DNA of 64,000 bases from Bacteroidales bacterium (GCA_030673645.1 DAOVIO010000001.1:35507-99506), one strand, 5' to 3'. Shown: positions 46,587 to 57,303, counted from the first letter of the stretch. A program made the numbers and translations. Notes: a model not told the origin generated them from the sequence alone.

Positions 46587-48074
46587 ATGATCAAAATGAA
46601 ATATTTGAAAACAAAATATAAGATTGTTATTGTAAGCTTCTTCATTTTACTGCCGGTATTTTCCTGCAGTGATTGGCTGGATTTGACACCTCCTGATGGC
46701 TTAGTAAAGGAAGAATTCTGGAAAACTAAGGAAGATGTAAAGACAATGCTTATGGGAGCCTATCAAAGGTTTGCCACCCTGGACGAAAAGCTTTTCTTAT
46801 TTGGCGAACTCAGGGCTGATATGATTATCGATGATAATAATACGAATTGGAATCAGCGCCAGATTATGCTAGGGAATATTTATCCTACCAATAGTATGTG
46901 CGATTGGAAAGACTTTTATCTGGTCATTTCTTATTGCAATTTAGTATTGAAATATGGCCCTGTAATTTTGGAAATTGACCCAACTTTTACCGATTACCAG
47001 CAAAAAGGCTACGAGGCTGAAGCAATATACCTACGGAGTCTGGCCTATTTTTATCTGGTGAGAATTTTCAAAGAGGTTCCGCTTGTACTTGAACCTTCAG
47101 AAGATGATGATGCAGATTTCTACCTGGCTAAATCTTCTGATACTACAATTTTGAACTTTATCAAGAATGATCTTAAAGCGGCCAAATTATTTGTAACCGA
47201 TGAATATAAATCACTTGAAGAAAATAAAGGCAGAGCAACCAAAGCAGCAATCCTTTCTCTTCTTGCGGATATAAGTCTTTGGAACTTTGAATATAATAAT
47301 GTAATTGCTTATATCGATGAAATTGAAACGATGGATTTCCTATTACTGCCAGCAGGGAAATGGTTTGAAAATTTCAATCCGGGGAATTCACCCTCAAGCA
47401 TTTTTGAATTTCAGTTTAATAGCAGCCTGGAACAATACAACGATCTTTACTCTTATACATATTTTAATAATAAACGATTTAAGGCAAGTTCCAAAGCTTT
47501 GGAACTACTTTCCCAGGATTCGGAAGGAGGGGATTTGTATCGCGGCAAGGCCTCAATAAGAGAGATAGATGGTTCCATTTGGAAGTATTGTGGCTATTCT
47601 CCTGATGGTCGGACTTTCAGGCCAAGCGATGAACAGTATGACGCGAATTGGATAGTCTACCGTTATGCAGATTTAATGCTGATGAAAGCAGAGGCGCTTT
47701 CACAACTTGCCAGATTTGATGAGGCACAGCAGATTTTGAATACTATCAGAAGCAGAGCATTAGCAAATCCAATCACGGTACCGTATACAGAGGAAGCTTT
47801 TGAGGATGCTATTATGCAGGAAAGAGCAATAGAACTGGCATTTGAAGGGAAGCGATGGTTTGATTTGCTTCGCCTGGGAAGAAGGAATAATTATAAAAGA
47901 AAAAATGACCTAATTCGGATCATTATTGAAAATGTGCCTTCTACCCAAAGGCTCGTTCTGGCATCCAAACTTACAGATCCCTACGGATGGTATTTGCCAA
48001 TACAGGAAAACGAGATTGAAAGGAACGCTTCCCTGGAGCAGAATCCTTATTATGAATCATATACAAATGAGTAA
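46587..48074 (+). CDS. SusD/RagB-family lipoprotein (pair 1)
   Basis: Has the lipobox 'PVFSC' and the C-terminal 'ERAIELAFEGKRWFDLLRLGR'. It lies immediately downstream of the SusC gene. Confidence 0.9.
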   Translation: MIKMKYLKTKYKIVIVSFFILLPVFSCSDWLDLTPPDGLVKEEFWKTKEDVKTMLMGAYQRFATLDEKLFLFGELRADMIIDDNNTNWNQRQIMLGNIYPTNSMCDWKDFYLVISYCNLVLKYGPVILEIDPTFTDYQQKGYEAEAIYLRSLAYFYLVRIFKEVPLVLEPSEDDDADFYLAKSSDTTILNFIKNDLKAAKLFVTDEYKSLEENKGRATKAAILSLLADISLWNFEYNNVIAYIDEIETMDFLLLPAGKWFENFNPGNSPSSIFEFQFNSSLEQYNDLYSYTYFNNKRFKASSKALELLSQDSEGGDLYRGKASIREIDGSIWKYCGYSPDGRTFRPSDEQYDANWIVYRYADLMLMKAEALSQLARFDEAQQILNTIRSRALANPITVPYTEEAFEDAIMQERAIELAFEGKRWFDLLRLGRRNNYKRKNDLIRIIIENVPSTQRLVLASKLTDPYGWYLPIQENEIERNASLEQNPYYESYTNE

Positions 48075-48093
48075 GGAAATTAACATATTAAAT

Positions 48094-49689
48094 ATGACAC
48101 GTGTATTATTGATAAGCATTCTTCTTTCTCTAATAGTATTCTCGTGCAAACCGGAATTTGAAGATCAATCTTTCTATGACGAAAATTATGTAAGTATTGC
48201 TGAATTTATTGAAAGAAATAAAGAAAGCTATTCAACTTTTTACAGAATTGTAGTGGCAGGCGAGCTTTATTCTTCTCTCAGCGCCTATAATCCTTTCGGT
48301 AGTGGATTCACTCTTTTCCTTCCTACTGATGAAGCTTTTGAGCGCTATATTCAAAATAACCCAAAGTACTCCAGTCTGGAGGAAATGTTTCTTGATACTG
48401 ACTTTATCAGAACACTGGGCAGGTACCATCTGGTAAATACTGAATTGAAAACAAACGAATTCCCCTATGGTTCCCTGCCAGATACAACAGCTACGGGAGA
48501 CTTGCTTACCATTGGATTCAGTTCAAATCTGGATTCTACCATATACAAAGTAAACAATATCGCTCCTGTGATTTTGCCTAACCTGGAAATGATTAATGGC
48601 TATGTTCATATAGTATCAGAAGTGCTTAATCCTGTTAATTTTACTGGATTCCAATGGCTTTCAGAAAATTCGGGCTACTCTATTCTGGCCAGTGCTTTGG
48701 AAATAACCGGACTTAAGGATACCCTTGGGTTCTACAGGACAAACTTTTCCGGTCAATTAGTGAAGAATAAATATACCATTCTCGCTGAACATGATTCGAT
48801 TTTTAACAAATTTGGGATTAATACCATCGATGACCTTGTAGGTGAATATGCAACAAATGATGTCGCATTTACTAATCCCAATAATGGTTTATATCAATTT
48901 GTGGCTTACCATATTCTGGAGGGCGAATATTTTCTGTCAGATTTTGATGAAACACGAAATTATAATAGCTATGCATTTGCTCCAGTAAATATTGCTTCCG
49001 ATCTCGAAGTCAGGATCAATCCAGGGACTGATACAATAAGACTTGAAATTTCCAGTCAGGGCGACACAACTGCTATTAAATTTGTGAGTCTGTATTATCA
49101 GGAGAGCAATGTCATTACGAAAAATGGGGCCATACATTTTATCTCAGAAATATTAAATTTTAAAATTCCTTCCAATTCCAGTCGTTCATTTCAGTTTTAT
49201 GAGGAACCGGAAATCGATAAAGTGAGAAACGTTGCTGGAACCTATTATTTTTTGGAGGAAGATCAGGACGAGTTGGAGGTGATAAGCTGGAAAGGAGCTG
49301 ATCAAATAAAATACTTTAAATCTTCCAGCAGTTCTGAAGAAGCCAGCAATACTGATTATTTAGAAATAGATGGGAATTTTATAGTAAACTATACCATTCC
49401 AAAGATACTTCCGGGGAGATACAACTTCTTTATTCGGGCAAATTCATACAATAACAATAACGAACATGCTACTATACTAATTTATATCGATGGTAAGAGA
49501 CTAAAAGGAAATTATAATATGAATTTAGGCGGCACAAGCAGTGATCCGTATACCATAAATAAAAATTGGAACGGTCATGAAATTGGGGTTGTAGAATTTA
49601 GTATTTACCAAGAACATACAATAACTATTGAATCATTTATTCCAGGTAAGTTTATTTGGGATCGAGTTGCTTTTAACTTACCTGATTAA
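48094..49689 (+). CDS. Fasciclin (FAS1 x2) lipoprotein with C-terminal beta-sandwich
   Basis: Has the lipobox 'LIVFSC' and the FAS1 signatures 'FTLFLPTDEAFERY...LGRYHLVN' and 'YTILAEHDSIF...FVAYHILEGE'. An alternative ATG at 48067 overlaps the SusD stop. The track start at 47926 is an overextension. Confidence 0.75.
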   Translation: MTRVLLISILLSLIVFSCKPEFEDQSFYDENYVSIAEFIERNKESYSTFYRIVVAGELYSSLSAYNPFGSGFTLFLPTDEAFERYIQNNPKYSSLEEMFLDTDFIRTLGRYHLVNTELKTNEFPYGSLPDTTATGDLLTIGFSSNLDSTIYKVNNIAPVILPNLEMINGYVHIVSEVLNPVNFTGFQWLSENSGYSILASALEITGLKDTLGFYRTNFSGQLVKNKYTILAEHDSIFNKFGINTIDDLVGEYATNDVAFTNPNNGLYQFVAYHILEGEYFLSDFDETRNYNSYAFAPVNIASDLEVRINPGTDTIRLEISSQGDTTAIKFVSLYYQESNVITKNGAIHFISEILNFKIPSNSSRSFQFYEEPEIDKVRNVAGTYYFLEEDQDELEVISWKGADQIKYFKSSSSSEEASNTDYLEIDGNFIVNYTIPKILPGRYNFFIRANSYNNNNEHATILIYIDGKRLKGNYNMNLGGTSSDPYTINKNWNGHEIGVVEFSIYQEHTITIESFIPGKFIWDRVAFNLPD

Positions 49690-49724
49690 TAGAATTGATC
49701 TATCATAAATGCATAATTAATTTT

Positions 49725-51281
49725 ATGAAAAAACAACGATTTCTCTTTTATTCAATTTTATTGGTTTTCCTGAGCTTCATTATTATTAGCTCTTGTGACG
49801 ACTCCTTGTGGGATGAACACTACAATGGAAATGAAGTAACTGTTGATATGCCACTTTGGGATGCAGTTAAGTCAGATCCTAAATTTTCCACCTTCGTGGA
49901 AATTATGGAAAAATATGGAATGGATACTTTGTTTTATATGGATGTAACATATACGCTTTTTATACCTAATAATGAAGCGTTTAAATCTTTAGATGATACG
50001 GCAGGAATTATGGATAGGGTTCTATCTAATCATATTTTAAATTCAGTTTTTCTTCTTAGAAATGTAGAAGGATCAAAGAAAGTTGAAAATCTTAGTGGCA
50101 AATTTCCAGTTGTTGGATATACACAAGAAGGCTTTAATTATGATGGCATCCCCATTGTCAATACCTATCCTTTGTACCGTGATGGAGTATATTATGAAAT
50201 AGCGCATGTAGCAATGCCTCGTCCAAATCTATATGAATTTACGGAACTGTACAGTCAGATTATTAAGACCTATATTGATCTTAGCGATTCCGTTTACCTA
50301 AATAAGGGAGAAAGCATACCTATTGGCTTTGACTCTCTTGGAAATACAATTTATGATTCTGTGTATAGTTCTGTCAATCGTTTTGAACGTGATTTTTTTC
50401 CTGTAAGTAAAGAATTCAGGAATAAGGCAGCAACATTTGTCCTTTTTACACAGGAGCAATATGATCTTGCGCTTGATGAAATGGCTGACAATCTCGGACC
50501 AGATTATACCGATCATCTTGATATTCCGATGATATGGCAAAATGAGGTGCTTCTACCTTCGGTTCTGGAGAATAGCTTATTTGATAAAGAATTGGAATAC
50601 TCTCAATTTACTGAACTAATGGTCAGTGTGACCGGCGATTCCGTTACTGTTAATCCGGCCAAAATAGACCCTGTTTCTAAATTTTTATGTAGCAATGGGC
50701 TTGTTTACACCTATTTGGACTTTGTAGTGGAAAGCGACTTATATAATAGTAGTTTGAAAATTGAGGGAGAAGACCTTCTGGATTCAGTAGGAATGGACAC
50801 TTATACATGGAAATCGGATGTAACCGTGTTTGGACAATACTTTAATCCCACTGAAGAAGCATCTGTTGAAGCATCTGGAAATGCGATTGCAAACGTCAAT
50901 TTTTCCAGGAATTACACTGGAGAGTGGGGTATCAAAATTATTATTAGAAATGTCTTTCCGAAAAAATACCGTTTGGAATGGAGTGCTAATTTCAGACCTT
51001 CCGGACTCTATAAGGTTTATGTTAACGATCAGATTCTTACATACAAAGATAAATTTGGGGATGTAATGGATGCATTTGATACCTATGATTTACGTTTGGG
51101 TGTATATTCTGTTACGGGTGATATATTTATTCCTAAAGGTTCACTTAATAAGCGGGATTATTGGGTTGAAAACATAACGGAGTTTGGAGATGTGGAAATA
51201 AAAATTGAATATATAGGTTCGGGATCTCAGGAAACCAATGGCTTTAATTTTGATTACATTTCACTAATTCCAGTGGATTAA
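49725..51281 (+). CDS. Fasciclin (FAS1) domain lipoprotein with C-terminal beta-sandwich
   Basis: Has the lipobox 'IIISSC' and the FAS1 signature 'FSTFVEIMEKYGM...YTLFIPNNEAFKSL...LSNHILN'. The C-terminal region loosely resembles that of 48094..49689. Confidence 0.65.
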   Translation: MKKQRFLFYSILLVFLSFIIISSCDDSLWDEHYNGNEVTVDMPLWDAVKSDPKFSTFVEIMEKYGMDTLFYMDVTYTLFIPNNEAFKSLDDTAGIMDRVLSNHILNSVFLLRNVEGSKKVENLSGKFPVVGYTQEGFNYDGIPIVNTYPLYRDGVYYEIAHVAMPRPNLYEFTELYSQIIKTYIDLSDSVYLNKGESIPIGFDSLGNTIYDSVYSSVNRFERDFFPVSKEFRNKAATFVLFTQEQYDLALDEMADNLGPDYTDHLDIPMIWQNEVLLPSVLENSLFDKELEYSQFTELMVSVTGDSVTVNPAKIDPVSKFLCSNGLVYTYLDFVVESDLYNSSLKIEGEDLLDSVGMDTYTWKSDVTVFGQYFNPTEEASVEASGNAIANVNFSRNYTGEWGIKIIIRNVFPKKYRLEWSANFRPSGLYKVYVNDQILTYKDKFGDVMDAFDTYDLRLGVYSVTGDIFIPKGSLNKRDYWVENITEFGDVEIKIEYIGSGSQETNGFNFDYISLIPVD

Positions 51282-51295
51282 AATTATTTTGGATT

Positions 51296-54200
51296 ATGAT
51301 AAATAAAAGACCCATAAATTATGTGATAAGGAATACATTTTTTCTTCTTATATCATTGATTTGGACCAATACTTTGTTCGGACAGGATTCTATATTGGTA
51401 AAGGGGATTATTACAGGAGAGAGCGGTACTCCAGTTTCAGAGGTATCTGTAAGTATTGAAGGAGTACAAGTCATTCCTGCAATTTCAGATACAAGTGGAT
51501 ATTTCGAAATTATTTGTCCTAAGGTCGATTTGTGGTTACTTATTGAGCCAATCTCAGGATATAAAAGCAAAAGGATTTACCTCAACAACAGAAATCAACT
51601 GAAAATCCAACTTAGTCCTGTCGACAGGAAGTCTGGTTACGATGAAGTAGGAAATCTTTTTCGCCCGGAATTAAAGAGAAATATTCTGTCTGCTTCTAAT
51701 GTACCAGACCAGGATCGTTCAGCAAGAATGCCCGTTAAATCGATTGATCAGAGCTTTCAGGGGAGCATCCCTGGGTTATGGGCAACTACCCAAAACGGAA
51801 TGTCTAATTCAGAAACCTCTACTTATATCAGAGGCATACGTTCTATGTATACATCGCACCAACCCCTTTACATAGTTGACGGACAACCTATGGAAGAACC
51901 AGGTATTTTTCAATCCAATATTTCAGGATACGACTATAACCCAATAGCCTCAATTGATCCAATGGATATAACCAATATAACCATTTTGAAGGATTATTTG
52001 GGAGGGGCTATTTATGGAATGAAAGGTTCAAATGGAGTGATTTTAATAGAAACATTGAAACCAAGCGAAGTTCAGACAACTATTGATTTTTCCTATCGAA
52101 TAGGTGTAAGTACACCTCCAACCAATATTCCTCAACTTAATAGTATGCAATATAAAACATTGGCAAATGAGATACTTGCATCTTCAGGTAGATATGAGGA
52201 AGACTATAAAGAAGAGTATTTTCCATTGTTTACTACTGAGAATGATCCTGAATATTATAAATATAATAAGAATACAAATTGGCAGAATGAAATATTTGGA
52301 AATGCCATTATGCATGATTATTATTTGAGAATAAAAGGTGGGGACGAGGTCGCGAGATACGGATTGTCAGTCGGTTATATGAATCATGAAGGAATTGTTA
52401 AAAAAACGAATTTAGATAGGTTTAACGTTCGTTTTGTAGGTTCATTTAATGTAGTTAGATGGTTAAGTATGTACGTAAGTTCAACCCTTATAAGCAGTAC
52501 CTCTAGCCTTAAGGAGTCTGCATTGTCACCAATAACAAGCCCCATTCTTACGTCATTTTTTAAGGCTCCTATTCTATATCCATATCAATATGATGAGAAT
52601 GGAAAGGAACTTAATGATTTGGAAAATGTCAATTCACTGGGTGTTAGTAATCCTCTTGCAGTGATTAATAATTTTGAAGGAGAGCAAAAAAATTATCGCT
52701 TCGCCAATTCCTTAAGGGCTGAGGTAAAGATTTTCCAGGACTACCTTAAATGGACATCCTTGGTTGGGATCACCTTCAATTCTCTACAAGAAAGTGTATT
52801 TATGCCTAATAAAGGGATGGAACTCTATTATGATGAGGAAGTATATAATGTTTCCAAGTCCCTGAAAAATTATCTTAGCACTGTTTATTCAGACAATTAT
52901 CTTAGTTATAAGCAGGAATTTAACAATAAGCATATAATTACCGGAGCTGCCGGTATGAGAGTATACAAGAATATTTTTGAAATAGACTGGGGGATTGGTA
53001 AAAACTCACATATAAGTGATGAGTATAAACAATTGCAGAACGGAGTTAGCTATTTACGTGAAATGGGAGGAGAAAACTCTGCCTGGAATCGCATGGGATT
53101 CTATACCGGAGCGGGATATAGTTTCAGAAACAAATATTACCTGAATGCCAATCTAAGTACCGAATTCTCTTCACGTACCGGTATAAATGCAAAGGATGTT
53201 TTAAAAATCTCAGGATACCCTTTCGGACTGTTTTATTCATTCGGCGCTGCCTGGCGAATTTCAGATGAATCTTTTTTAAAGCATCTGTACTGGTTAGAAG
53301 ATCTGAAGCTTAGAGCCTCATATGGTAAAGTAGGTAATGACGACATTGGTAACCTTTCTGCTATCAATTATTATACAGTAGAACATTACAGGGGTACTTC
53401 AGGAATGATCCCAGGAAATATTTCTGATCAGTCCCTAAAATTTGAGATAAATAGACAATTAAATACTGGTCTGGATTTAAGTATGTTTGGAAATCGTCTA
53501 TTCATTGGACTTGATATTTATTCAACTAAGACAGAAGACATGCTTGTTTTTGAACCCCAACCGACCTATACAGGGGTTTCATTTGTACCAGCTAACAATG
53601 GCGAAATTACTAACAATGGTTGGGAAATTGGATTCAATTCGAGAGTCATTAGTCAAAGAAAATTCAAATGGGATCTTGGGATTAACATTGCGGGTTTAAA
53701 AAATACGGTCAATGTTATTAAGGACGGCGCTGTTGTAACACCGTTTGAAGGAGGCCAGTTTATAACGATGGTTGGAGAACCTGTACTTAATTTTTATGGC
53801 TATCAATTTGAGGGTGTGTTCTCTAGCCGACAGGAAGCTCTTGACGCTGGTCTCGTAAACGAGAGAGGAATTTCTTTTGGTGCAGGAGATGCAAAATACA
53901 CCGATTTTTCAGGGCCGAATGGGACGCCAGACAGTGTCATCAATGAGTATGATATGACAATATTAGGTTCGCCAATACCAAATCTATTTGGAGGCCTGAG
54001 GAACACTTTTAGCTATGGAAGATGGTCTTTGTCAGCTGATTTTCAACTCGTATTGGGAAGGGATGTTTTCAATTATCTGCGCTTTCAAAATGAAAAAATG
54101 ACTGATCTTTCTAACCAGAGTACATCTATTCAAGGCAGATGGACCCATGATGGACAGATTACCGATATACCCAGGGCTCTTTATAATGATCCTATTGGAA

Positions 54201-54466
54201 ATTCTGATTTTTCTTCAAGATGGATAGAAGACGGTTCATATATCAGATTGAAACATCTGACATTAAGTTATACAGTCGCACAAGAAATATGGTTATTCCG
54301 AAATCTTGAAATACTTGTTACGGCCACAAATCTTTATACATGGAGTAAGTATCTGGGCTTTGATCCTGAGTTTAGCTATTCTAATAATACGATGGAAATG
54401 GGTATAGATTATGGTATGGTTCCGCAAACACGAAGATTCCTTCTGGGGTTTAAAGTAGGATTATAA
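51296..54466 (+). CDS. SusC/RagA-family TonB-dependent outer-membrane transporter (pair 2)
   Basis: Has a CarboxypepD_reg-like N-terminus and the plug 'TYIRGIRSMYTSHQPLYIVDGQP...ITILKDYLGGAIYGMKGSNGVILIET'. It is 1056 aa with no STN domain. Confidence 0.85.
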   Translation: MINKRPINYVIRNTFFLLISLIWTNTLFGQDSILVKGIITGESGTPVSEVSVSIEGVQVIPAISDTSGYFEIICPKVDLWLLIEPISGYKSKRIYLNNRNQLKIQLSPVDRKSGYDEVGNLFRPELKRNILSASNVPDQDRSARMPVKSIDQSFQGSIPGLWATTQNGMSNSETSTYIRGIRSMYTSHQPLYIVDGQPMEEPGIFQSNISGYDYNPIASIDPMDITNITILKDYLGGAIYGMKGSNGVILIETLKPSEVQTTIDFSYRIGVSTPPTNIPQLNSMQYKTLANEILASSGRYEEDYKEEYFPLFTTENDPEYYKYNKNTNWQNEIFGNAIMHDYYLRIKGGDEVARYGLSVGYMNHEGIVKKTNLDRFNVRFVGSFNVVRWLSMYVSSTLISSTSSLKESALSPITSPILTSFFKAPILYPYQYDENGKELNDLENVNSLGVSNPLAVINNFEGEQKNYRFANSLRAEVKIFQDYLKWTSLVGITFNSLQESVFMPNKGMELYYDEEVYNVSKSLKNYLSTVYSDNYLSYKQEFNNKHIITGAAGMRVYKNIFEIDWGIGKNSHISDEYKQLQNGVSYLREMGGENSAWNRMGFYTGAGYSFRNKYYLNANLSTEFSSRTGINAKDVLKISGYPFGLFYSFGAAWRISDESFLKHLYWLEDLKLRASYGKVGNDDIGNLSAINYYTVEHYRGTSGMIPGNISDQSLKFEINRQLNTGLDLSMFGNRLFIGLDIYSTKTEDMLVFEPQPTYTGVSFVPANNGEITNNGWEIGFNSRVISQRKFKWDLGINIAGLKNTVNVIKDGAVVTPFEGGQFITMVGEPVLNFYGYQFEGVFSSRQEALDAGLVNERGISFGAGDAKYTDFSGPNGTPDSVINEYDMTILGSPIPNLFGGLRNTFSYGRWSLSADFQLVLGRDVFNYLRFQNEKMTDLSNQSTSIQGRWTHDGQITDIPRALYNDPIGNSDFSSRWIEDGSYIRLKHLTLSYTVAQEIWLFRNLEILVTATNLYTWSKYLGFDPEFSYSNNTMEMGIDYGMVPQTRRFLLGFKVGL

Positions 54467-54491
54467 AAATTAAAGCTAATATTTGAAAAAT

Positions 54492-56342
54492 ATGTTTGAA
54501 AGGACAAGATTATTTTCGTTAGTTCTGTTGCTATTCTCGCTCTTTTTTAGTTCATGCGAGGATTTCTTTGATCCCAGGCAACAGCTGGTTATTGAAACAG
54601 AAGATTTCTTTAAAGACTGGAGTGAGTACCGTTCAGCAGAAATGGGCTTATATGCATTACAGCAGGACTTAGTGGACCAGATCATTGTTCTTGGAGAATT
54701 AAGAGCAGATCTGATGGAAGTCACAGCTAATGCTGACAGAGATATGATAGAAGTAAATAATTTTCAAATTAGCCGGGATAATAAATACGCTTCACCTATA
54801 AATTTCTATGAGTTGATAGGCGCGTGTAATAGCATGATCAATCAATTAGAGACCTATCACAAAGAAATATTTAGTACGGCTGATCCAACCGATTATGACC
54901 GCCTGTACGGGGAAGTTAAATGCATGCGTGCCTGGGCCTATTTCAATGCGGTAAGAATTTATGGCAGGGTTCCCTATATCTGGAAAGGCCTGACTACTGT
55001 GGAGGAAATTGTTGCATACGTTAATACAAGCGGATCTTATATTGATTCTGTAGACATTGTATTTGATCCAGGTGGGTATTATAATGATACAATTAAGAAT
55101 ACCCCCGTTACCCTGGAAAGGCAATTTCTGGATTTGGAAATGGTAATCGATACATTTACTATGGAACTTGAAAATGATATCAAACCAAATGGGGTAGGGG
55201 TGATACATAATAAGGATAATTTTGATCTTACCTGGGATATTACCATCTGGAATAATTATGCATATCGGAGCCTTTTAGGACAAATGTATCTCTATCAGGG
55301 AAATTATGTGAAAGCAGAAGAATATTTTAGAAGCATACTTTATAATTACGATTCTGAAACTTCGAGTGTTAAGTTTGGGCTGGATTGGAAATTTTCCTTT
55401 GGCAAATGGAAAAGCATATTTTCAGGGATTGATGGATACGAACATATTTTTACACTTTGGTTTGGGAAGTCATACCAACAACAGCATAGTCTGCAAAATT
55501 ATTTTTCTAAACAGGCTCCAAATAGATATATGATTAAGCCCACAGCTCTTGCTATTCAGAATTGGGAAAACACTTGGGGAGATGTGCGAATAATAAAAAA
55601 TGATGCTAATCCTGAATTGACATTTATGCGTGAATACGGAATCCCCGGAGACTTATCCAGGGGTTATGGAATTTCTTATGTATATATGAATGGAGATGAG
55701 ATCATGGAACCTGCTGACGTCCATGAAATGCTGCTTTTGAAAAAACGAATGCTTCTAAAGGATGTCGAAGATATTATGTCAGGAGTTGATACCATTCTCT
55801 ATAAATATACCTATGGGAAACAACCCTTTGATCAGGACGCGAATATTATCATCTACCGCGCAGCTTCTATCCATTTGTATTTTGCTGAAATCTATAATCG
55901 ATGGGAATGGGATCATGATGGCGTTGTAATACCCGAATTAAATGAGTCCCTTAAAATTCTGAATAATGGATCATATAACGATAATACTTCGCAAATGGGT
56001 GTACGCGGGCGTGTAGGTTTTGGAGATGGTGATGATGCCATACAAGTAAGCAATATCATTTATATTCATGATCCACTTACTAACGAGATCATTGGTTATG
56101 AAACTTTAGCCGACCTGGATGCAAAGCAAGAATATCTTGAGGATCAGATTATTGAAGAAAGGGCAAGGGAATTGGCCTTCGAGGGAGAACGTTTTTACGA
56201 CTTGGTAAGAATTGCAAAACGCAGAGATGATCCATCCTATCTTGCAGACAAAATAGCAAGAAAGTTTAAAGGCCCAATGAAAGAAGATATCAGGGCATTG
56301 CTAATGAATGAGGAAAACTGGTATGTACCTTTTTATGAATAA
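54492..56342 (+). CDS. SusD/RagB-family lipoprotein (pair 2)
   Basis: Has the lipobox 'FFSSC' and the C-terminal 'ERARELAFEGERFYDLVRIAKR'. The track starts at TTG 54483; the ATG is at 54492. Confidence 0.85.
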   Translation: MFERTRLFSLVLLLFSLFFSSCEDFFDPRQQLVIETEDFFKDWSEYRSAEMGLYALQQDLVDQIIVLGELRADLMEVTANADRDMIEVNNFQISRDNKYASPINFYELIGACNSMINQLETYHKEIFSTADPTDYDRLYGEVKCMRAWAYFNAVRIYGRVPYIWKGLTTVEEIVAYVNTSGSYIDSVDIVFDPGGYYNDTIKNTPVTLERQFLDLEMVIDTFTMELENDIKPNGVGVIHNKDNFDLTWDITIWNNYAYRSLLGQMYLYQGNYVKAEEYFRSILYNYDSETSSVKFGLDWKFSFGKWKSIFSGIDGYEHIFTLWFGKSYQQQHSLQNYFSKQAPNRYMIKPTALAIQNWENTWGDVRIIKNDANPELTFMREYGIPGDLSRGYGISYVYMNGDEIMEPADVHEMLLLKKRMLLKDVEDIMSGVDTILYKYTYGKQPFDQDANIIIYRAASIHLYFAEIYNRWEWDHDGVVIPELNESLKILNNGSYNDNTSQMGVRGRVGFGDGDDAIQVSNIIYIHDPLTNEIIGYETLADLDAKQEYLEDQIIEERARELAFEGERFYDLVRIAKRRDDPSYLADKIARKFKGPMKEDIRALLMNEENWYVPFYE

Positions 56343-56590
56343 TAGGTTTTTTGAGTTTAAAGAGTATCCGAATACATTTTGATCGTAGCTTTAAAAAACC
56401 GGAAAGCAATGTCCCTTTGTATCCATAATGCTGAGTTTAGTTTTGTGCTAAACTAAGAAATAAATGGTTTTACTTCTACAGATGCGACAGAGCCATTAAT
56501 AGGAAATTATTATATTTTTTGGGTTATATAGATCAGGGCCTGATTTGATATAATCCTTATTCATATTGAGAATAAGATGTATATCCGGGA

Positions 56591-57109
56591 TTAATAACCG
56601 GTTCGACTTAGTTCCGGCTCCGGGTACAAAATACAGAGTGAGAGTGAAGAGCGAGAGCGATGAATGACCACTCTGTATTTTTCTTCGCTCTCACTCTGAC
56701 TCTCAAGGCTCTTAAGTTCATTTGAAAAACGACCGTTCATTTTATTAAAATCAATTGTGCTGATTTCATTATCAGCATACTTATTTTCCAGATTTGCTAT
56801 CCTTGTTTTCAGTACTTCAACTTTCTTATTAATACTTTTTTGTTGTGATTTCCGGGAATGACCATTGTTAGTTAAGAAGTCATTTACTACATCTTTATAT
56901 AAATCTTTAAATACTGATTCAACTTTGATTTGGTCAATTATTTTTCCAACAGCATTCTTACTTCTTCGTCCTGCAAGTACCTCTTGAACCCGATAAAATA
57001 AATCAGGAGAAATAATTGATGAATGCATGCCATCTACAATTTGGGCAGGATGTTCACCGTATGCTTTTATTTTACCCATGAAGAGTGGATTTCGAGCAAG
57101 TAAATCCAT
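56591..57109 (-). pseudogene. Truncated large-serine-recombinase fragment (recombinase-domain tail plus coiled coil; no catalytic resolvase domain, no zinc ribbon)
   Basis: 'LARNPLFMGKI...VDGMHSSIISPDLFYRVQEVLAGRRSKN' matches the end of the Recombinase (PF07508-type) domain, and a coiled-coil-like segment follows. A stop lies five codons upstream of the ATG, and the expected N-terminal ~250 aa are absent. The C-terminal tail runs through an inverted repeat. Confidence 0.55.
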
Positions 57110-57303
57110 AAGGGTTTTAAATTATTTTGGAAGGATTTTACTGCTTTTTGGCGATTTCAAGGATTCAGGTATAGAGAGATTTCTCAAATAATCAAACTAG
57201 CTCAGAAGAAGCAAAAGGAGTAAGATTTGGTTTAGTGTTGGGGTGATGGTTGGTTGGTCTTTTAAGCTTCCTAGCTTGCGGTTTTTCAGGAGGAAGGTCA
57301 GCT

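Noticed and set aside
47926-48093. Track-predicted long N-terminal extensions. 47926 overlaps SusD by 149 nt. There are also TTG/GTG starts at 3518, 4585, 17014, 28119, 34315, 41021, 43320, 49695, 54483 and 59951.
   Set aside because: In each case a downstream ATG gives a clean signal peptide, lipobox or Tat motif. The extension either overlaps the upstream gene or adds non-signal residues.
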